Shown here: positions 24,994 through 37,910 of the stretch, piece by piece
Layout: every line of letters begins with the position of its first letter
Position numbering within the stretch: position 1 is the first letter of the stretch
Assembly (NCBI GenBank): GCA_951406725.2
Contig: OX597830.1
Location: forward strand, 54,312,001-54,376,000
Reading direction: 5' to 3'
Length of the DNA stretch: 64,000 nucleotides
From: Octopus vulgaris
Taxonomy: Eukaryota
Notes under the pieces: model-generated
What the model saw: the letters and a program-made list of their open reading frames with translations, nothing else
Database searches by the model: none
What the model was told of the DNA's origin: nothing
Position numbers and translations under genes: made by a program

Positions 24994-25896
24994 TTAATTT
25001 AGTTCTGTAGTTAATTCAAGAGATGGGGTAGCTACCGTTTTTTTACGTTTCCCTGAACATAATTTCCGAATACTTCGTCTTATAGTGGCATCAAAAAACC
25101 ACAAAAACGGCAAAAGCAAGAAGCCAACAAAATGTACGAGCTTGTAAGTGAAGAATATGTTATAAGTTATTGCCCCCCAAAGTCCAACATAAAATAAAGT
25201 TTTTCCAAGATGTAAAATAACTACCAAAATAACAAAAATTACAAAAGTTATTAATGGTGATTTCATCATCTCACATTCTTTGCCCTTGATAGCAATGTAG
25301 ATCAACAAGCCTATAAACACTAACATTGCAATCGTCAACAGAATTGCGATTACAAATGCGGCAAGCTTGGAATTTATATGTAAATGAACAGAACATCCGT
25401 ATGCACCAGGTTCCGAGAAAGCTAGAATGATTACCAATTCTTTGATCAATACAAAGGCCCAAAATATTCCTATTAATATGAACTGTGTACGTAGAAAACT
25501 TTTATTTTCGTATTTACTCGGTTTAAAATATTTCACAATAAAATCAATGCAAACTGGGAATAAGGAATATTTATGTCCTTCCTTTAGAAAGGCATATGAT
25601 AGAATGATAAACAGACAGCTAGACTGAGATAAATCTCGGGTTACACGAGCATGCACGTTCTGGAAATAATAGAGTAAAGCAAACAGAGCGTAGTTCAACA
25701 TGTAGTTCAATAATGACAAAGTGCGTGTTTTCCCGTGAGATTTTCGATCTAGGAAAATGGCGGCAATAAGAAATACGTTCAACAGGAATATTAGAATGGT
25801 TACAACACGGACAAAGAAATTCAACCATTCATCAGCTTCATATCTGAAGAGTGAAATGTTGGAATCACAGTCAGCTGTCATTTGAATATCTTCCAT
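24994..25896 (-). CDS. Orphan 7TM GPCR-like receptor, paralogue 3 (300 aa)
   Basis: Intact ORF sharing [55 protein letters not shown] and C-terminal TELN. Confidence 0.9.
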   Translation of the reverse strand: MEDIQMTADCDSNISLFRYEADEWLNFFVRVVTILIFLLNVFLIAAIFLDRKSHGKTRTLSLLNYMLNYALFALLYYFQNVHARVTRDLSQSSCLFIILSYAFLKEGHKYSLFPVCIDFIVKYFKPSKYENKSFLRTQFILIGIFWAFVLIKELVIILAFSEPGAYGCSVHLHINSKLAAFVIAILLTIAMLVFIGLLIYIAIKGKECEMMKSPLITFVIFVILVVILHLGKTLFYVGLWGAITYNIFFTYKLVHFVGFLLLPFLWFFDATIRRSIRKLCSGKRKKTVATPSLELTTELN

Positions 25897-25922
25897 ATTG
25901 GGTGGTCAGAATTGTCTCAAGT

Positions 25923-25950
25923 CTGAAATGGAGACAATAAAGGAGATGAA
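25923..25950 (-). promoter_or_regulatory. 3' splice acceptor of 5'-UTR intron, paralogue 3
   Basis: ttattgtctccatttcag| lies 26 nt before the ATG. Confidence 0.75.
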
Positions 25951-26789
25951 GAAATCAACGATGGTAATTGAATTGTTATAATTATTTTTAATATAGTAAA
26001 ATATTGAGAGATTGTGATTAGTAATAACTAGTTATCCTTGCGTCAAATTAAAGACTTAATCACAACTTCGTTGCTATGACTTCTTGCCCATACAAATACA
26101 CGATGGAAATCATTCCATCGTTAATACTCTTAGGAAATGTATGAACTTCAAGACATATAACTGAATGATGTGCCATGTAGTTCAGGGGTAGAATATGAAA
26201 AGTCAGCATTTGGAAAATAATGTAAGAAGCGGTTGAAGATGATGAAGTACAATTTGTAGTCTCGTTTGACCAAATGTAATTCTGTGATCTGATGTCTCAA
26301 AAATATTTATTAACGTAATGAAAACGAAATGAGAAGCTATTTTATAATACCTTATGGACATTATAGAAAAGAAAGTCAATCTCTTCGAATTAATGAAGTA
26401 AACATGACAGAGACTGATGATGTTTCTACGGCACAGTTTCTAGTCTCGCATGGCGAAAAATTAAATTTTTTCCTGTCAGGAAACCAATTAACATAATAGA
26501 AACATTACGGAAAAGTTCTTGGCTATGTACAATTGACAAGGCAAATATTTTCGATGAATGCATATCTGAAACTTATATAGATAATAGGGGTGAAAAAATA
26601 ATAGAGGAATAAAAAGATCCCCACCCACAAATATACTGGAACCGCAGAATGTTAAGAAGCTCTATACTAGGTTTCAAATACCTTTAAACAAGAATTTAAC
26701 ATTTTGTGCATTTGTTTTTTAAGACCTCGTATTTTTGGAGAAAACCATTTATGCCTTTAGCAAAAATACATGCAGCATATTATTATCTT

Positions 26790-27030
26790 ATGCAATTAAT
26801 AATATTTACAAAAACAATCTGATCCTAAAACGTATTTTGGGTTGTTTTTGAACATGTTTTTGTCTTTTTCATACCTTGCTATGCGGGCAGCTTTAGCGTA
26901 TACCTTTTCCTTGATAGTTTCTATGGTGGTATCAATGTCAAGTATGGTTTTCATATATTTTTTCTTTAATTTTTCGGATTTTTGTTGGTTTGATAGTCTT
27001 TTCAAACTTAACGTTTTTCTTAAACATTCT
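26790..27030 (-). mobile_element. R4/Dong-like ORF fragment
   Basis: IETIKEKVYAKAARIARYEK...NMFKNNPK resembles the pre-RT region of this clade. Confidence 0.45.
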
Positions 27031-27945
27031 ATGTCAGACCCAAGTAGCTGAGTTTGGTGTTGAATACGCTCTTGCCAAGTAGGCTTTTGTGGGAATGTTG
27101 TTGTTTTCTAGTCTTTTCACCACATAGAATCGTTGAGATTTTCTCGAATGCATTGTACAGGTGGTGACACGGGCGACGGTCACTTTGGGTTGTATTATGC
27201 TTTGTTATCAATGCGGCATGACGAGCTTGGACGTAGACTTTAGGGGACGGATATGCCTGTTTAGGGTTAATTTTTGGAGAAAACACCGCTTCCGAGTTCT
27301 CTGAATGAAAACATTGCTCGTAACGTAGCTTCTTAAGGCTAACAACAGATCTGCATTCGTCTGTAAATTTTTGTTGTTGATAGATTTATCTCCGGGAATA
27401 GTTTTTGTGGTGCTTTTAAACTTATGAATTGTTCACTTTGTCTGTGTTAGTTCGAAAAATTATAAATCGTTTTGTTTTGTTTTTCTTGCTTCGTTTGTGA
27501 CGCGCGTTTTCATATGCGTGTATGTGTGTTCTGTAAATTTCAGGTAGTTGTGTAAACATTGGGATATATGTGTAGTCCTATGGGTATTAAAATGTATATA
27601 TGATTGTGCAGACATTCGAGTGTATGCGTAATTAATCAATTTATGTACTTACTGTTTTGTTCCGTCTATATTTTATAATTTGTAAACTTTCCGATATTCA
27701 TTTCGCGTGTGTGTTTCGCACATGTTTCACTGAGAAATTGTGCATAGGAGAAACTGTGCTTTGTGTGGCAGTAAAATTTCGGTTTTTTTTGTTTATTTTC
27801 GTTAAAAGGCCGCTTCCTTCAAGTCTTCCACAGATTCCTTTATCCCATTCCACCGATGTTATTAAATTAGATTTGTTTTTGAATGGAGAGCCCAGTGTAG
27901 CACATCCATGTTGTTATTCAGCAGTGAGCTGAAGCTTCTATTATT

Positions 27946-28040
<95 letters not shown>

Positions 28041-29017
28041 TCTGCGCGCGTAAGCGAAAACAGGTTATTGTAATCACTCGTTTTCGTCTGCTTGTCTGTG
28101 AGTTCGCAAAATTACTGGAAAATGGCTAAAAGGCTTTGGTCGAAATACTCATTTGGTAAGTAGCTCGAAATGATGAAAATTTGGTTTGATTACCTTCAAA
28201 CATACATAAATATCTATATAGATATGCAACTGTGTGTGTGTAAGTGTGTGTGTGTGTGTGTGAGTGCGTGTGTCTACAATGATGGATTCGAGGGTTTCGT
28301 TTATTTACGAGTTGATTTCTTAATTTCACCTTTGTTAGATTTTCAATCCTCTTTTACTCAAACACTGACAAAGCTTAATTCAGTCCAATTAAAAAGCATG
28401 GGTAAGCAACGCATTGTAAACTACACTATAATTTGCGAAAAAATTTATCTGCTCGTAGAGTATGCATCACCCCTCCAATGCCTTTTGTTTTCATTATTAT
28501 TGTAGTTGTTATTTTGTTTGAAGTTATTGAACTGTATCACTGCAATTTAGGCCAAAAAAAAAACATATATAAGAAGCTGTACATAATGTTATATACAGCA
28601 GTTTTACATAGTATATGTAATGTAGAATACCTTCACAGTACTCTATTGATCGACATAGAGCTGCGTTGCAGTAATACCACATAAAGCGGTGAAATTTTAC
28701 TACATAATCTGGTATGTTTTAGGATACAAAATAAGGATGTTAGCTGACGGAACGGCGTTACAGTTATTTACAATACATTAGCCAATATAATACAGTTTCT
28801 ATAGCCCTATCCAATATAAAGCAATTTTCTAGTACTATATATAATACAACATTAGCTGATATAACGAAGGTAGTGTTATAGTTCTGAATAAACTGAAGCA
28901 ACTCAGTTACACAAACTGATATGTATCGGTAGATTTGTAGTACCATATAAATTTATGTAATGAACAATAATACTGTATAAATTTATATAATGTTTATAGC
29001 ACTATATAAAGTACCAT

Positions 29018-29325
29018 GTGGAGGCGCAATGGCCCAGTGGTTAGGGTAGCGAACTCGCGGTCGGAGGATCGCGGTTTCGATTTCCAGACCGGGCGTTGTG
29101 TGTGTTTATTGAGCGAAAACACCTTAAAGCTCCACGAGGCTCCGGCAGGGGGTGGTGATCCCTGCTGTACTCTTTCACCACTGTTGTTTCTCCCACTGTT
29201 TCCTCTGTTAGCCTGCTCACTTAGCCAGCGAGGTGGCGTCATTCAAAGGCTAAAACAATGCGAACGCATTGTGACCAGCGATGTGTAACAACATCTGATG
29301 GTCGGGTCGGTCACGTGATCACGTG
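29018..29325 (+). mobile_element. Complete tRNA-derived SINE family B with 12-bp TSD
   Basis: A/B-box-like head (tggcccagtggttagg...ggtttcgatttcc) and (tcacgtga)2 tail. TSD ATAAAGTACCAT at 29006-29017 and 29326-29337. Confidence 0.9.
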
Positions 29326-29499
29326 ATAAAGTACCATACAAGCTGATATAAAACAGGTAGATTTATAGTAGGTTGTAAATCTTAATCGTGGTAGCAAATT
29401 AATTTAGAGGCTTCTGTACAACATTTTTTCGGATTTTTGACTTCAATTTAAATATTAGCATTGAAAACAATTTTAGATGTAAAATTACTATAAACATAG

Positions 29500-29669
29500 G
29501 CGCAGGAGTGGTTGTGTGGTAAGTAGCTTGCTTATTAGCAACATGGTTCCGGGTTCAGTCCCACTGCGTGGCACCTCGGACAAGTGTCTTCTACTATAGC
29601 CTCGGGCCGACCAGAGCCTTGTGAGTGGATTTAGTAGACGGAAACTGAAAGAAACCTGTCGTATATATG

Positions 29670-29702
<33 letters not shown>

Positions 29703-29908
29703 TTGTGTGCCTGTGTTTGTCCCCCCCCCCCCCAAATCGCTTGACAACTGATGCTGGTGTGTTTACGTCCCCATTACTTAGCGGTTCGGCAAAAGAGACC
29801 GATAGAATAAGTACTAGGCTTACAAAGAATAATTCCTGGGGTCGATTTACTTGACTAAAGGCGGTGCTCCAGCATGGCCACAGTCAAATGACTAAAACAA
29901 GTAAAAGA
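29500..29908 (+). mobile_element. tRNA-derived SINE family A
   Basis: Homologous to 6405-6856. Confidence 0.75.
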
Positions 29909-30587
29909 TGTATTATTGTAACAATGAGAATAACAAAAATAACGGCAACATCAACAATAAAAACAGACTTATTTTCAAAAATATTTTCAATTTTTTTTTA
30001 TTATATGTCAGAATCATCTGGAAATACAAGCAGTCGAAATATAGTTTCGACATTCCATATAATATTGATAAATGAATTACATGCAAGTAGTATTTTAATG
30101 GTGATCAACCAATCGGCAGCCAGATTTTGTACTGTAGTTGATATTAGTAGATCATAAGGAAGAAAATAATTGAAGAACTGTTAGTTTAAACAAGGAGACG
30201 ATAGCTCGGGTAGCATAAATGAACAATATCTGATTTATGCTTGAAAAGACGTACATCAGCCATTAATGTGTGATTATAATCTTTACATTGATTTAAAGAA
30301 ATTCGAAACAATTAAAAAAAATGTATTGATATTAAAAGTTTTTTGTTTGCAAGGTAGCTCGCTGTCTTAATGATAATAATTCTTTCTTTTACAGGCACAA
30401 TTTTGGGGGAAAGGGAAAGTTGATCACATCGACCCCAGTACTTGACTGGCACTTAATTTATCGACTCCGAAAGGATGAAAGCTCGGTCGACCTCGGAGGA
30501 ACTTGAACTCAGAGCGTAAAGACAGACGAAATACCGCTAAGCATTTCACTCGGTGTGCTAACGATTTTGCCAGTTCATCGCCTTATA

Positions 30588-30622
<35 letters not shown>

Positions 30623-30714
30623 GAAGAAGAAGAAGAAGAAGAAGAAGAAGAAGAAGAAGAAGAAGAAGAAGAAGAAGAAGAAGAAGAAGAAGAAGAAGAA
30701 GAAGAAGGTTGGAC

Positions 30715-33700
30715 AGCATGATGGAAGTGCAGCAACTGTAGTTACAAAGAAGGTGAAATCAATAGCAAAGCAAAATGCGTTTGAGCAAGTGGCTGATAGG
30801 TGGGAACAAAAACCCCTGCACGGTTTGTAGCAAACAAGCTGATGTAGACTAGAAGCGCATCCTCACCGACTACGGAGCTCAGAGCTAATGGCAGAGAGTG
30901 AGGGCTTTATCTTGGCTGCCCAACATCAGAGCTTATTGATCCAGAACTATCAAGCCAATGTGATGAAAAATGATGTAAACTCAAAGTGCCGATTTTGCAA
31001 CGATGAGCTAGAAACAGTGGACCACTATGTCCTGGATGTCAGGCAAACACTCGCGCACGGTAGGCAAGGAGTTTCTGATCAAGCCCCTGAAGGTCGTTGT
31101 CAAGCCTTTGATCAGGACCAGAATCAAAATGAAATGGGAAAAAAGAGGTAAACAAGAATGTGATTGGATGTTAGCTGAAAGGTGACCGAAGTAAAGGAGA
31201 TCTTAGGATACAATGAAAAGAAGATGGGACGAAAAGGGTGTCCTTGAATTTTCTGCCCGATGATTGATAGACTAAGCAAGGGCAATTCGTATAAATGATT
31301 GGCTTGCAGAATTAGAGATTAAAGAAATTCAGAGAAGAATAGAAAAACATAAGCAAGAAGTGTGTGAAACAACTGTAGCAGAAAGTGGTAATGAAGGAGT
31401 AAGAGATAAAAAAAAAGAAAAAGAAAGGAATCACTGTGTGCCTGAGAATCCTGTTGAAGTAAATAGTGAACATGATCAAGCTGGCAGTAAATGCTGCACA
31501 GGACTTGAACAATGAAGTGAAGTGGGTTCTAGAAATGCTGTTAGGTAAAATATGTGGCGCGAACAATGAAATGTCCTCAAATATAAGGTATATTTTTTTT
31601 CTCTTTATTGCCCACAAGGGGCTAAACATAGAGGGGACAAACAAGGACAGACAAAGGGATTGAGTCGATTACATCGACCCCAGTGCGTAACTGGTACTTT
31701 ATTTATCGACCCCGAAGGGATGAAAGGCAAAGTCGACCTCGGCGGAATTTGAACTCAGAACGTAACGACAGACGAAATACGGCTACGCATTTCACCCGGC
31801 GTGCTAACGTTTCTGGCAGCTCGCCGCCTTACGTTTCTGCCAGCTCGCCGCCTTAATATAAGGTATATGGACAGAGGAAAAGTAAGGAGAGCCACAGGCA
31901 AAGTAAATGATGTTTTGAGCTTTGTTAAAAACAAGGAATATCAGTGAAACAAACCAGTTAATCATAGCTGCTACTAATGTTGTAGCTGAGACAATTGTAT
32001 ACAAGCAGAAGAGTGATGAAGAAAAGAAGGGGAATGAAAAGCAAGAATCAAATGGGGGGGGGGGAGAATAGTATGAATAAAGTTGGAAAAAATATGAAAA
32101 GAACCGGGATAATTGAATAGGATAATGAGAACTCAAGAATAAATTAGTAATCAGAAAATTGAATTGTCAATACAGGTTAGAAGAGAAGGAAAGTAAACGG
32201 TACTTGAAGAATTGTCACAAATGGTGACAACTTTAAAGGCCAAATTAAAAAGATATGGTGCTGGATACAAAGATTTTGAACAGAATAGATTGTTTCAAGC
32301 AAATAGAACGCGTCTTTTTGATAATATAGAGAGGAACAACATCAGGAAGGGATTCTTGATGCAGAAGTAAGTAAGGGGTTTTGGGGGAGAATTCTGGAAT
32401 AGGTCAGTGAGACATATAGAAAGCGCAGAGAGGCTAACATAGGTCGGGAGACAACATGCAAATGTACCAAAACAAAAAGACGTCAGAAGTGATCAGCGTT
32501 CAGTGATACTCAAGTAAAAAAAAAAAAAGTAGCGAATTGGAAAGGATCCTACTCGGGTGGTGTATAAGGTTATTGACTGAAGAAATTTATAGTTGAATGA
32601 AAGGATTGCTGCACACCTGGATGAATACCCGAAGTAGGGTCACTCCTTATCTGGATGAGAAGTGGACGAACGTCCTTATGTCTCAAGGAAAGGCATAATA
32701 GCGTATTGAAAGGTAAACTGGTATCAAATTTTCTACCTATAACCTTTTTATCACTTATATGGAAGCTTATGGCCAGTGTAGTGGCGGAAAAGTTATATAA
32801 TCACCTGGAAAGCAACAATCTACTTTCAGGAGAACAAAAAGAATGCAGTAAGGAAAGCAGGGGAAAATGATCATTTAATTGATAAAATGATAACCAGAAA
32901 TTGTAGACACAGATTGGCAGTATTGAGTGTAGCATGGTTGGATTACAGAAAAGCATAGAGCATGGTACCACACAGTTGGATAAGTAAATCAATGAACATG
33001 CTTTGAGTGGAATAAAATATAGAGAAAATAGTAAATGAAAGTATAAAAAATTGAAATACTGAATTGGTAGGAGCAAAACAAAGACTTGGGAAAGCGAACA
33101 TCAGACATGGACTATTTCAAGATGATAGCTTATCTCCATTGCTATTTATATTGGTCAGAAGCGTTAGCGCGCCAGGCGAAATGCTTAGCGGTATTTCGTT
33201 TGTCGTTATGTTCTGAGTTCAAATTCCACCGAGGTCGACTTTGCCTTTCATCCTTTCAGGGTCGATAAATAAAGTACCAGTTTCGCACTGGGGTCGATAT
33301 AATCGACTTAATCCCTTTGTCTTTCCTTGTGTGTCCCCTCTGTGTTTAGCCCCTTGTGGGCAGTAAAGAAATATATTTATATTGGCCATGATACCACTCA
33401 GTTTTATATTATGATGAGTTAAAATAGCTTATGATTTTGGGAAAGGATATGATCAGATAAATCTCCCTTTTATAGATGATATAAAAGCTTTATGTGACAA
33501 ATGAGAAGCAGCTTGAAAGTCTTGTATATATTCTTCGCATTTTCTCAAATAATGTCTATATGGAATTTGGGATTGAAAGTGCACTGTATTGATAATGAAA
33601 CGAGGAAAATTTGAAGAACGACAAGAAATTGAAATTCCAAATGGGCGAACAATGAAAGCAGTTGGTGAAGGACAGTGGTAAAAGTATTTGGGAATAATGG

Positions 33701-33820
33701 AGGCAGATAAAATAAAACATGAAGGGATGAGCCAATTGCCAGTAAAATGAGGAAAATATTATAAAGCTGAATTAAAAAAATGTTATTGAAGCAATAAATT
33801 GATAAAATATTTAAAGGGCT
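30715..33820 (+). mobile_element. Heavily decayed R4/Dong-like retrotransposon(s) with nested SINEs
   Basis: AESEGFILAAQHQSL...CRFCNDELETVDH (30888-31030) and GRTSL...SNFLPITFL..IWKL (32655-32870). SINE insertions at 31595-31855 and 33160-33372. Confidence 0.65.
31595..31855 (-). mobile_element. SINE family C (Meta-domain-like core)
   Basis: Core gaggtcgactttgcctttcatcc(t/c)ttcggggtcgataaa. Other copies at 22395-22500, 30380-30583, 33160-33372, 47903-48115, 48793-49010, 49030-49230, 49578-49778, 50790-51005, 60679-60915 and 63075-63260. Confidence 0.8.
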
Positions 33821-33898
33821 ATAGAAGCTGATATATTGCAAGTAGATTTACGAGATACTCGTAAGTAGATATAATACTTTTTTTTACACTTTATGTGA

Positions 33899-34822
33899 TT
33901 AATTAAGTTCAATAGTAAACTCATGCGACGGAGGGTCTGTAGGTTTTTTACATTTCCCTGAATATAATTTCCGAATACTTCGTCTTATAGTGACATCAGA
34001 AAGCAATAGAAATGGCACTATTACATATCTTACCATATTTAATAATTGGGGTGCGTAAAAGATAGTACTTTGTCTCACTCCATACAGTGCAACAAACGCA
34101 ACGGTTTCAGCAGAGTATAAGATTATGACGAATATAACAATAGCAATCATAGTTATTAATGAAATTTTCATCGTATCATTTTCTCTACTTTTCACTGCGA
34201 TGTAGATCAGTAGACATACAAATACCAGCATTGTAATAAGATACAAGCTTTCTATGGCTAAATGGATTAAAACGTAAATTAAATATAAAAGTATATAGCA
34301 TTGGTCAGCTCCGTGATCTGAGAAAGCCAGGATCATTAATAATTCTTTAATCCAGATAAAAACCCACAAAACAATTGTGAATATGATCTGGATACGCAGA
34401 AAGCTTTCACTTTCATATTTGCTTGGTTTAAAGTATTTCACAATAAAATCACAGCAAATAGGAAGTATGAAATACAAAGCACCTTCGTTAGTAATGGAAT
34501 ATAGTGTAATGATAAACAAGCAGGTAGACTGAAGTAAATCTCCGAATATATGAGTATGTACGTTGTGGAAATAAAAGAACAAGGCAAAGAGTGTGTAGTT
34601 AAACATATAGTTCAGTAATAAGAAAGCGCGTGTTTTCTCAAAGGCTCCACGATCTAAAAAAATGGCAGTCGTTAACAATGCGCTGAACAGGAATATTACG
34701 ATGGTTGCAACACAGGCAGATACATTCATCCAGATTAATGAAGAGGATTCAGGGAATGAAGCGGGTTCAGGGAATGTAACATTGGACCCATAATAATAAT
34801 AATCCTCTTGATAGCTTTCCAT
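33899..34822 (-). CDS. Orphan 7TM GPCR-like receptor, paralogue 4 (307 aa)
   Basis: Intact ORF with the same family motifs ([29 protein letters not shown]-terminal IELN) and an N-terminal NVT sequon. Confidence 0.9.
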   Translation of the reverse strand: MESYQEDYYYYGSNVTFPEPASFPESSSLIWMNVSACVATIVIFLFSALLTTAIFLDRGAFEKTRAFLLLNYMFNYTLFALFFYFHNVHTHIFGDLLQSTCLFIITLYSITNEGALYFILPICCDFIVKYFKPSKYESESFLRIQIIFTIVLWVFIWIKELLMILAFSDHGADQCYILLYLIYVLIHLAIESLYLITMLVFVCLLIYIAVKSRENDTMKISLITMIAIVIFVIILYSAETVAFVALYGVRQSTIFYAPQLLNMVRYVIVPFLLLSDVTIRRSIRKLYSGKCKKPTDPPSHEFTIELN

Positions 34823-34849
34823 GTTGCATTGGCCAGAACTGCTTCAAAC

Positions 34850-34875
34850 CTGAAATGGAGACAGATTTCAATAAA
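34850..34875 (-). promoter_or_regulatory. 3' splice acceptor of 5'-UTR intron, paralogue 4
   Basis: tctgtctccatttcag| lies 27 nt before the ATG. Confidence 0.75.
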
Positions 34876-36325
34876 AGGGATCATGAAATCATTTCCTTGA
34901 AACTAATTTGAAATATTTCAACCTATCGTGGTTCATTTTAATTACGAGTTACAGTTTAAATTCCTAATTAGAATCTTTTGAAATATTTAGGTTCCTCATC
35001 TTCTGTATTACAGTTTGGAAGATATTTAAAAATTTCCGTCAAATAACTAACATATCCTTCAACTACAGTAGTAGTTGAATAACATTCTTAAGGCCACAGT
35101 TTACTCACACGCAGCATCTTCAGAGCTTTGTTGCTAATTTAGTTCTTTAAAAAAACTGACAACTGTTAACATTTTTGAAGAGAACTGGTCCCTAGCTACA
35201 TTTTGGCATAAATAATTAAGATTTGGTCCAGTAGAAAAAAGTTTACATCAAACTTTGCAACAAAGTTATACGAAAGTGAGTAACGCCTCCAGTTTAGATC
35301 TAAATAACTTTTTTGTATTTTAAACGCAAAATATATTATCTTAGCTTCAATGATAGAAAAAAAAAACATGAGGAATTTCATACATTTGGTCTCATGCAAC
35401 AAAAATTTGTATCAAAAAGTTGTGAGGTAAAATATTACGAAAAAATATAAGTAAGGCAAAAAATTGGATTAACTTATTTTATTTTAAAAACAAACTATAT
35501 TTTAATTAAGCTTAAATGATAGAGCTAAATTCGAGGAATTTCATGGTATCAATTTCAAGCAATGAAGTTTTAAAAGAAAGAAGTTATGAGTGTTTGTTTC
35601 TCAAATTTGAGGGTGATATAATAGTTCTATACTTTTTTTATGAATATAGTTCTATAAGGGGACTTTTAATATATGTCAACGGTATCATTGAGGTAAGAAA
35701 AAAATTATCATCGACACCGCTCATTTTCAATTAGTTTAATTACGTCATCTATATTAATTTATGCAATTATATCATGTAAATAATGTAAACATAGTTCCGT
35801 AAAATCTGAGACGAGAAAGAAGTTTTAAAAGAAAAACGTTATGAGTTTATTTCTCAAATTTGAGGGTGCTTTTTTATGAATATAGTTCTAAAAGGGGACT
35901 TTCAATATATGTCACCGGCATCATTGAGGTAATTTTCAATAATGTAAAATCTTAAATTATTAATTAACACATTATTAATTAGCATAATACCACAGCCTGG
36001 AAAAAAACATGTATTACATGGAAAAATGCTAGCAAAAGAAATAATATTCTTAAGATTATAAACCTAGAAAAGTACAGGACAAGTTATTACATCTGGTAAG
36101 GTACACAACAAGAAAATTTTTACTTAAAATATTGCAGCTAAAGATAAAATTTGAATATTAAAAATATTGATTTTAATTTACAAAGTAACATTATAATTAA
36201 AAACAGGTACCATCATTTTGTAAAAATACTGACACGCTAGAATACTTAAAAAATGAGAGCCAGAAGTACTAATATAGCTGAAGTTTTATGTAGAGTAGAA
36301 TAGTATATTGTTGTTGTTGTTTGTT

Positions 36326-36602
36326 CCTTCTCGAGCCATGTCTGGGTCATAAGAGGCGGTTACCCGGTTTCATTGGCTTATAGGTTCCCCACCTGGACGG
36401 GACGACGGTCCGTCGCAGGTGAGCTTCTAAATGCAGGAAGAAAGAGTGAGAGAAAGTTGTGACGAAAGAATCAGCAGAAGTTCGTCATTACCCCCTGTCA
36501 GAGCCCCGTGGAGCTTAGGTGCTTCGCTCATAAACGCACACATCACCCGGTCTCAGATTCGAACCCACGATCCCCTAACCGCAAGTCCGCTGCTCTAACC
36601 CT
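36326..36602 (-). mobile_element. tRNA-derived SINE (family B-related)
   Basis: Head homologous to the 29018 element; 3' part shared with 55428-55663; (aac)n tail. Confidence 0.65.
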
Positions 36603-37199
36603 CACAGAATAGTATATATGGTAGGCAAATTCATTATGTAAAATGTAAGCATTGGGTCAAGACTAAAAATGTGAAGACTTGGCAATAACTTAGGCAATAA
36701 CTCAAGCAAATCTTACTGTGAATTTGTTGTTATAGGGAGATTTTACGATAATATATCACTAATTTTTGTATTATTCTATTTACTGTAGTAGCTAATTATG
36801 TACTACTATTATTTTTATAACCTACTTTCAAATTTCTAATTATTAATAAATAATTAAAAAAGTGAATTTTTTAAAGTGCAAAAAATATTTTGGGCTATTT
36901 CTTAATTTTTAACTGAAGTAACAAGAAATGACAAATAGAAGTAACTAGTAGAGATACCCGGCGTTGCTCGGGATTAAAATGGCATAGTTTTTTTTTATTG
37001 TTTTACTTGTTTCGGTCATGTGACTACGGCCATGCTGGAACAAAGCATTTAGTCAAAGAAATCGACCCCAGGATTTATTCTTTGTAAGCCTAGTACTTAT
37101 TCTATCGGTGTATTTTGTCAAACGGCCAAGTTACGTGGACCTAGAGACAGCAATATACATCTATATACACATACATACATGCATACATACATACATACA

Positions 37200-37261
<62 letters not shown>

Positions 37262-37338
37262 TATATACATATGTATATATAAATATATATACGTGCATGT
37301 ATACATATATATGTATACATACATATACATATATATAT

Positions 37339-37371
<33 letters not shown>

Positions 37372-37910
37372 TATATATGTATGTATATGTACATATATAC
37401 ATATGTATATACACACACACATATATATGTATATATACATTATATATATGTACATATATATATATATATATAATAAAAATGGTAAATAATTTTCCTGTGG
37501 TTTTTCATGTAACCAGAGCCGCAAGGGCCTTCGTTTTTGGAATCTCCACTTATAGAAATGGAAAAAACGGTCTTTGACTGCCATTTCTAATTCCTTCGGT
37601 ATGAGGCGAAACAGCTTGCTGCTAGCCAACTTATTTTTCTTTACTATATATATATATAGATACACAAGATAAGAAAATGGAGAAATACATCTAAATCAAA
37701 TATCAATTACCAGATAATACTCAATCACATACTTTATTAAACCACCACATAAGAGACTGTAGGGTTAAACATAAAAAAGCAGAACAAATCAGTGTACATA
37801 AAGGAATGTACATAAAAAAGTGTACATAAAAGAGTAATGTTGTATAATAAGTAGAATATATATAAAAAAGAGAATATAAATATAAGTAAATATAAATATA
37901 AGTATAGATT

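Noticed and set aside
26410-26450. CTGATGA followed by CTAG-TC, hammerhead-like
   Set aside because: GAAA is replaced by GTTT and the stems are weak.
29018-29095. tRNA-like sequence with A/B boxes
   Set aside because: It is the head of a SINE with tail and TSD, not a tRNA gene.
35560-35935. ~120-bp direct duplication (35560-35695 versus 35815-35932)
   Set aside because: It looks like an internal repeat of an AT-rich transposon remnant, with no ribozyme or coding signal.
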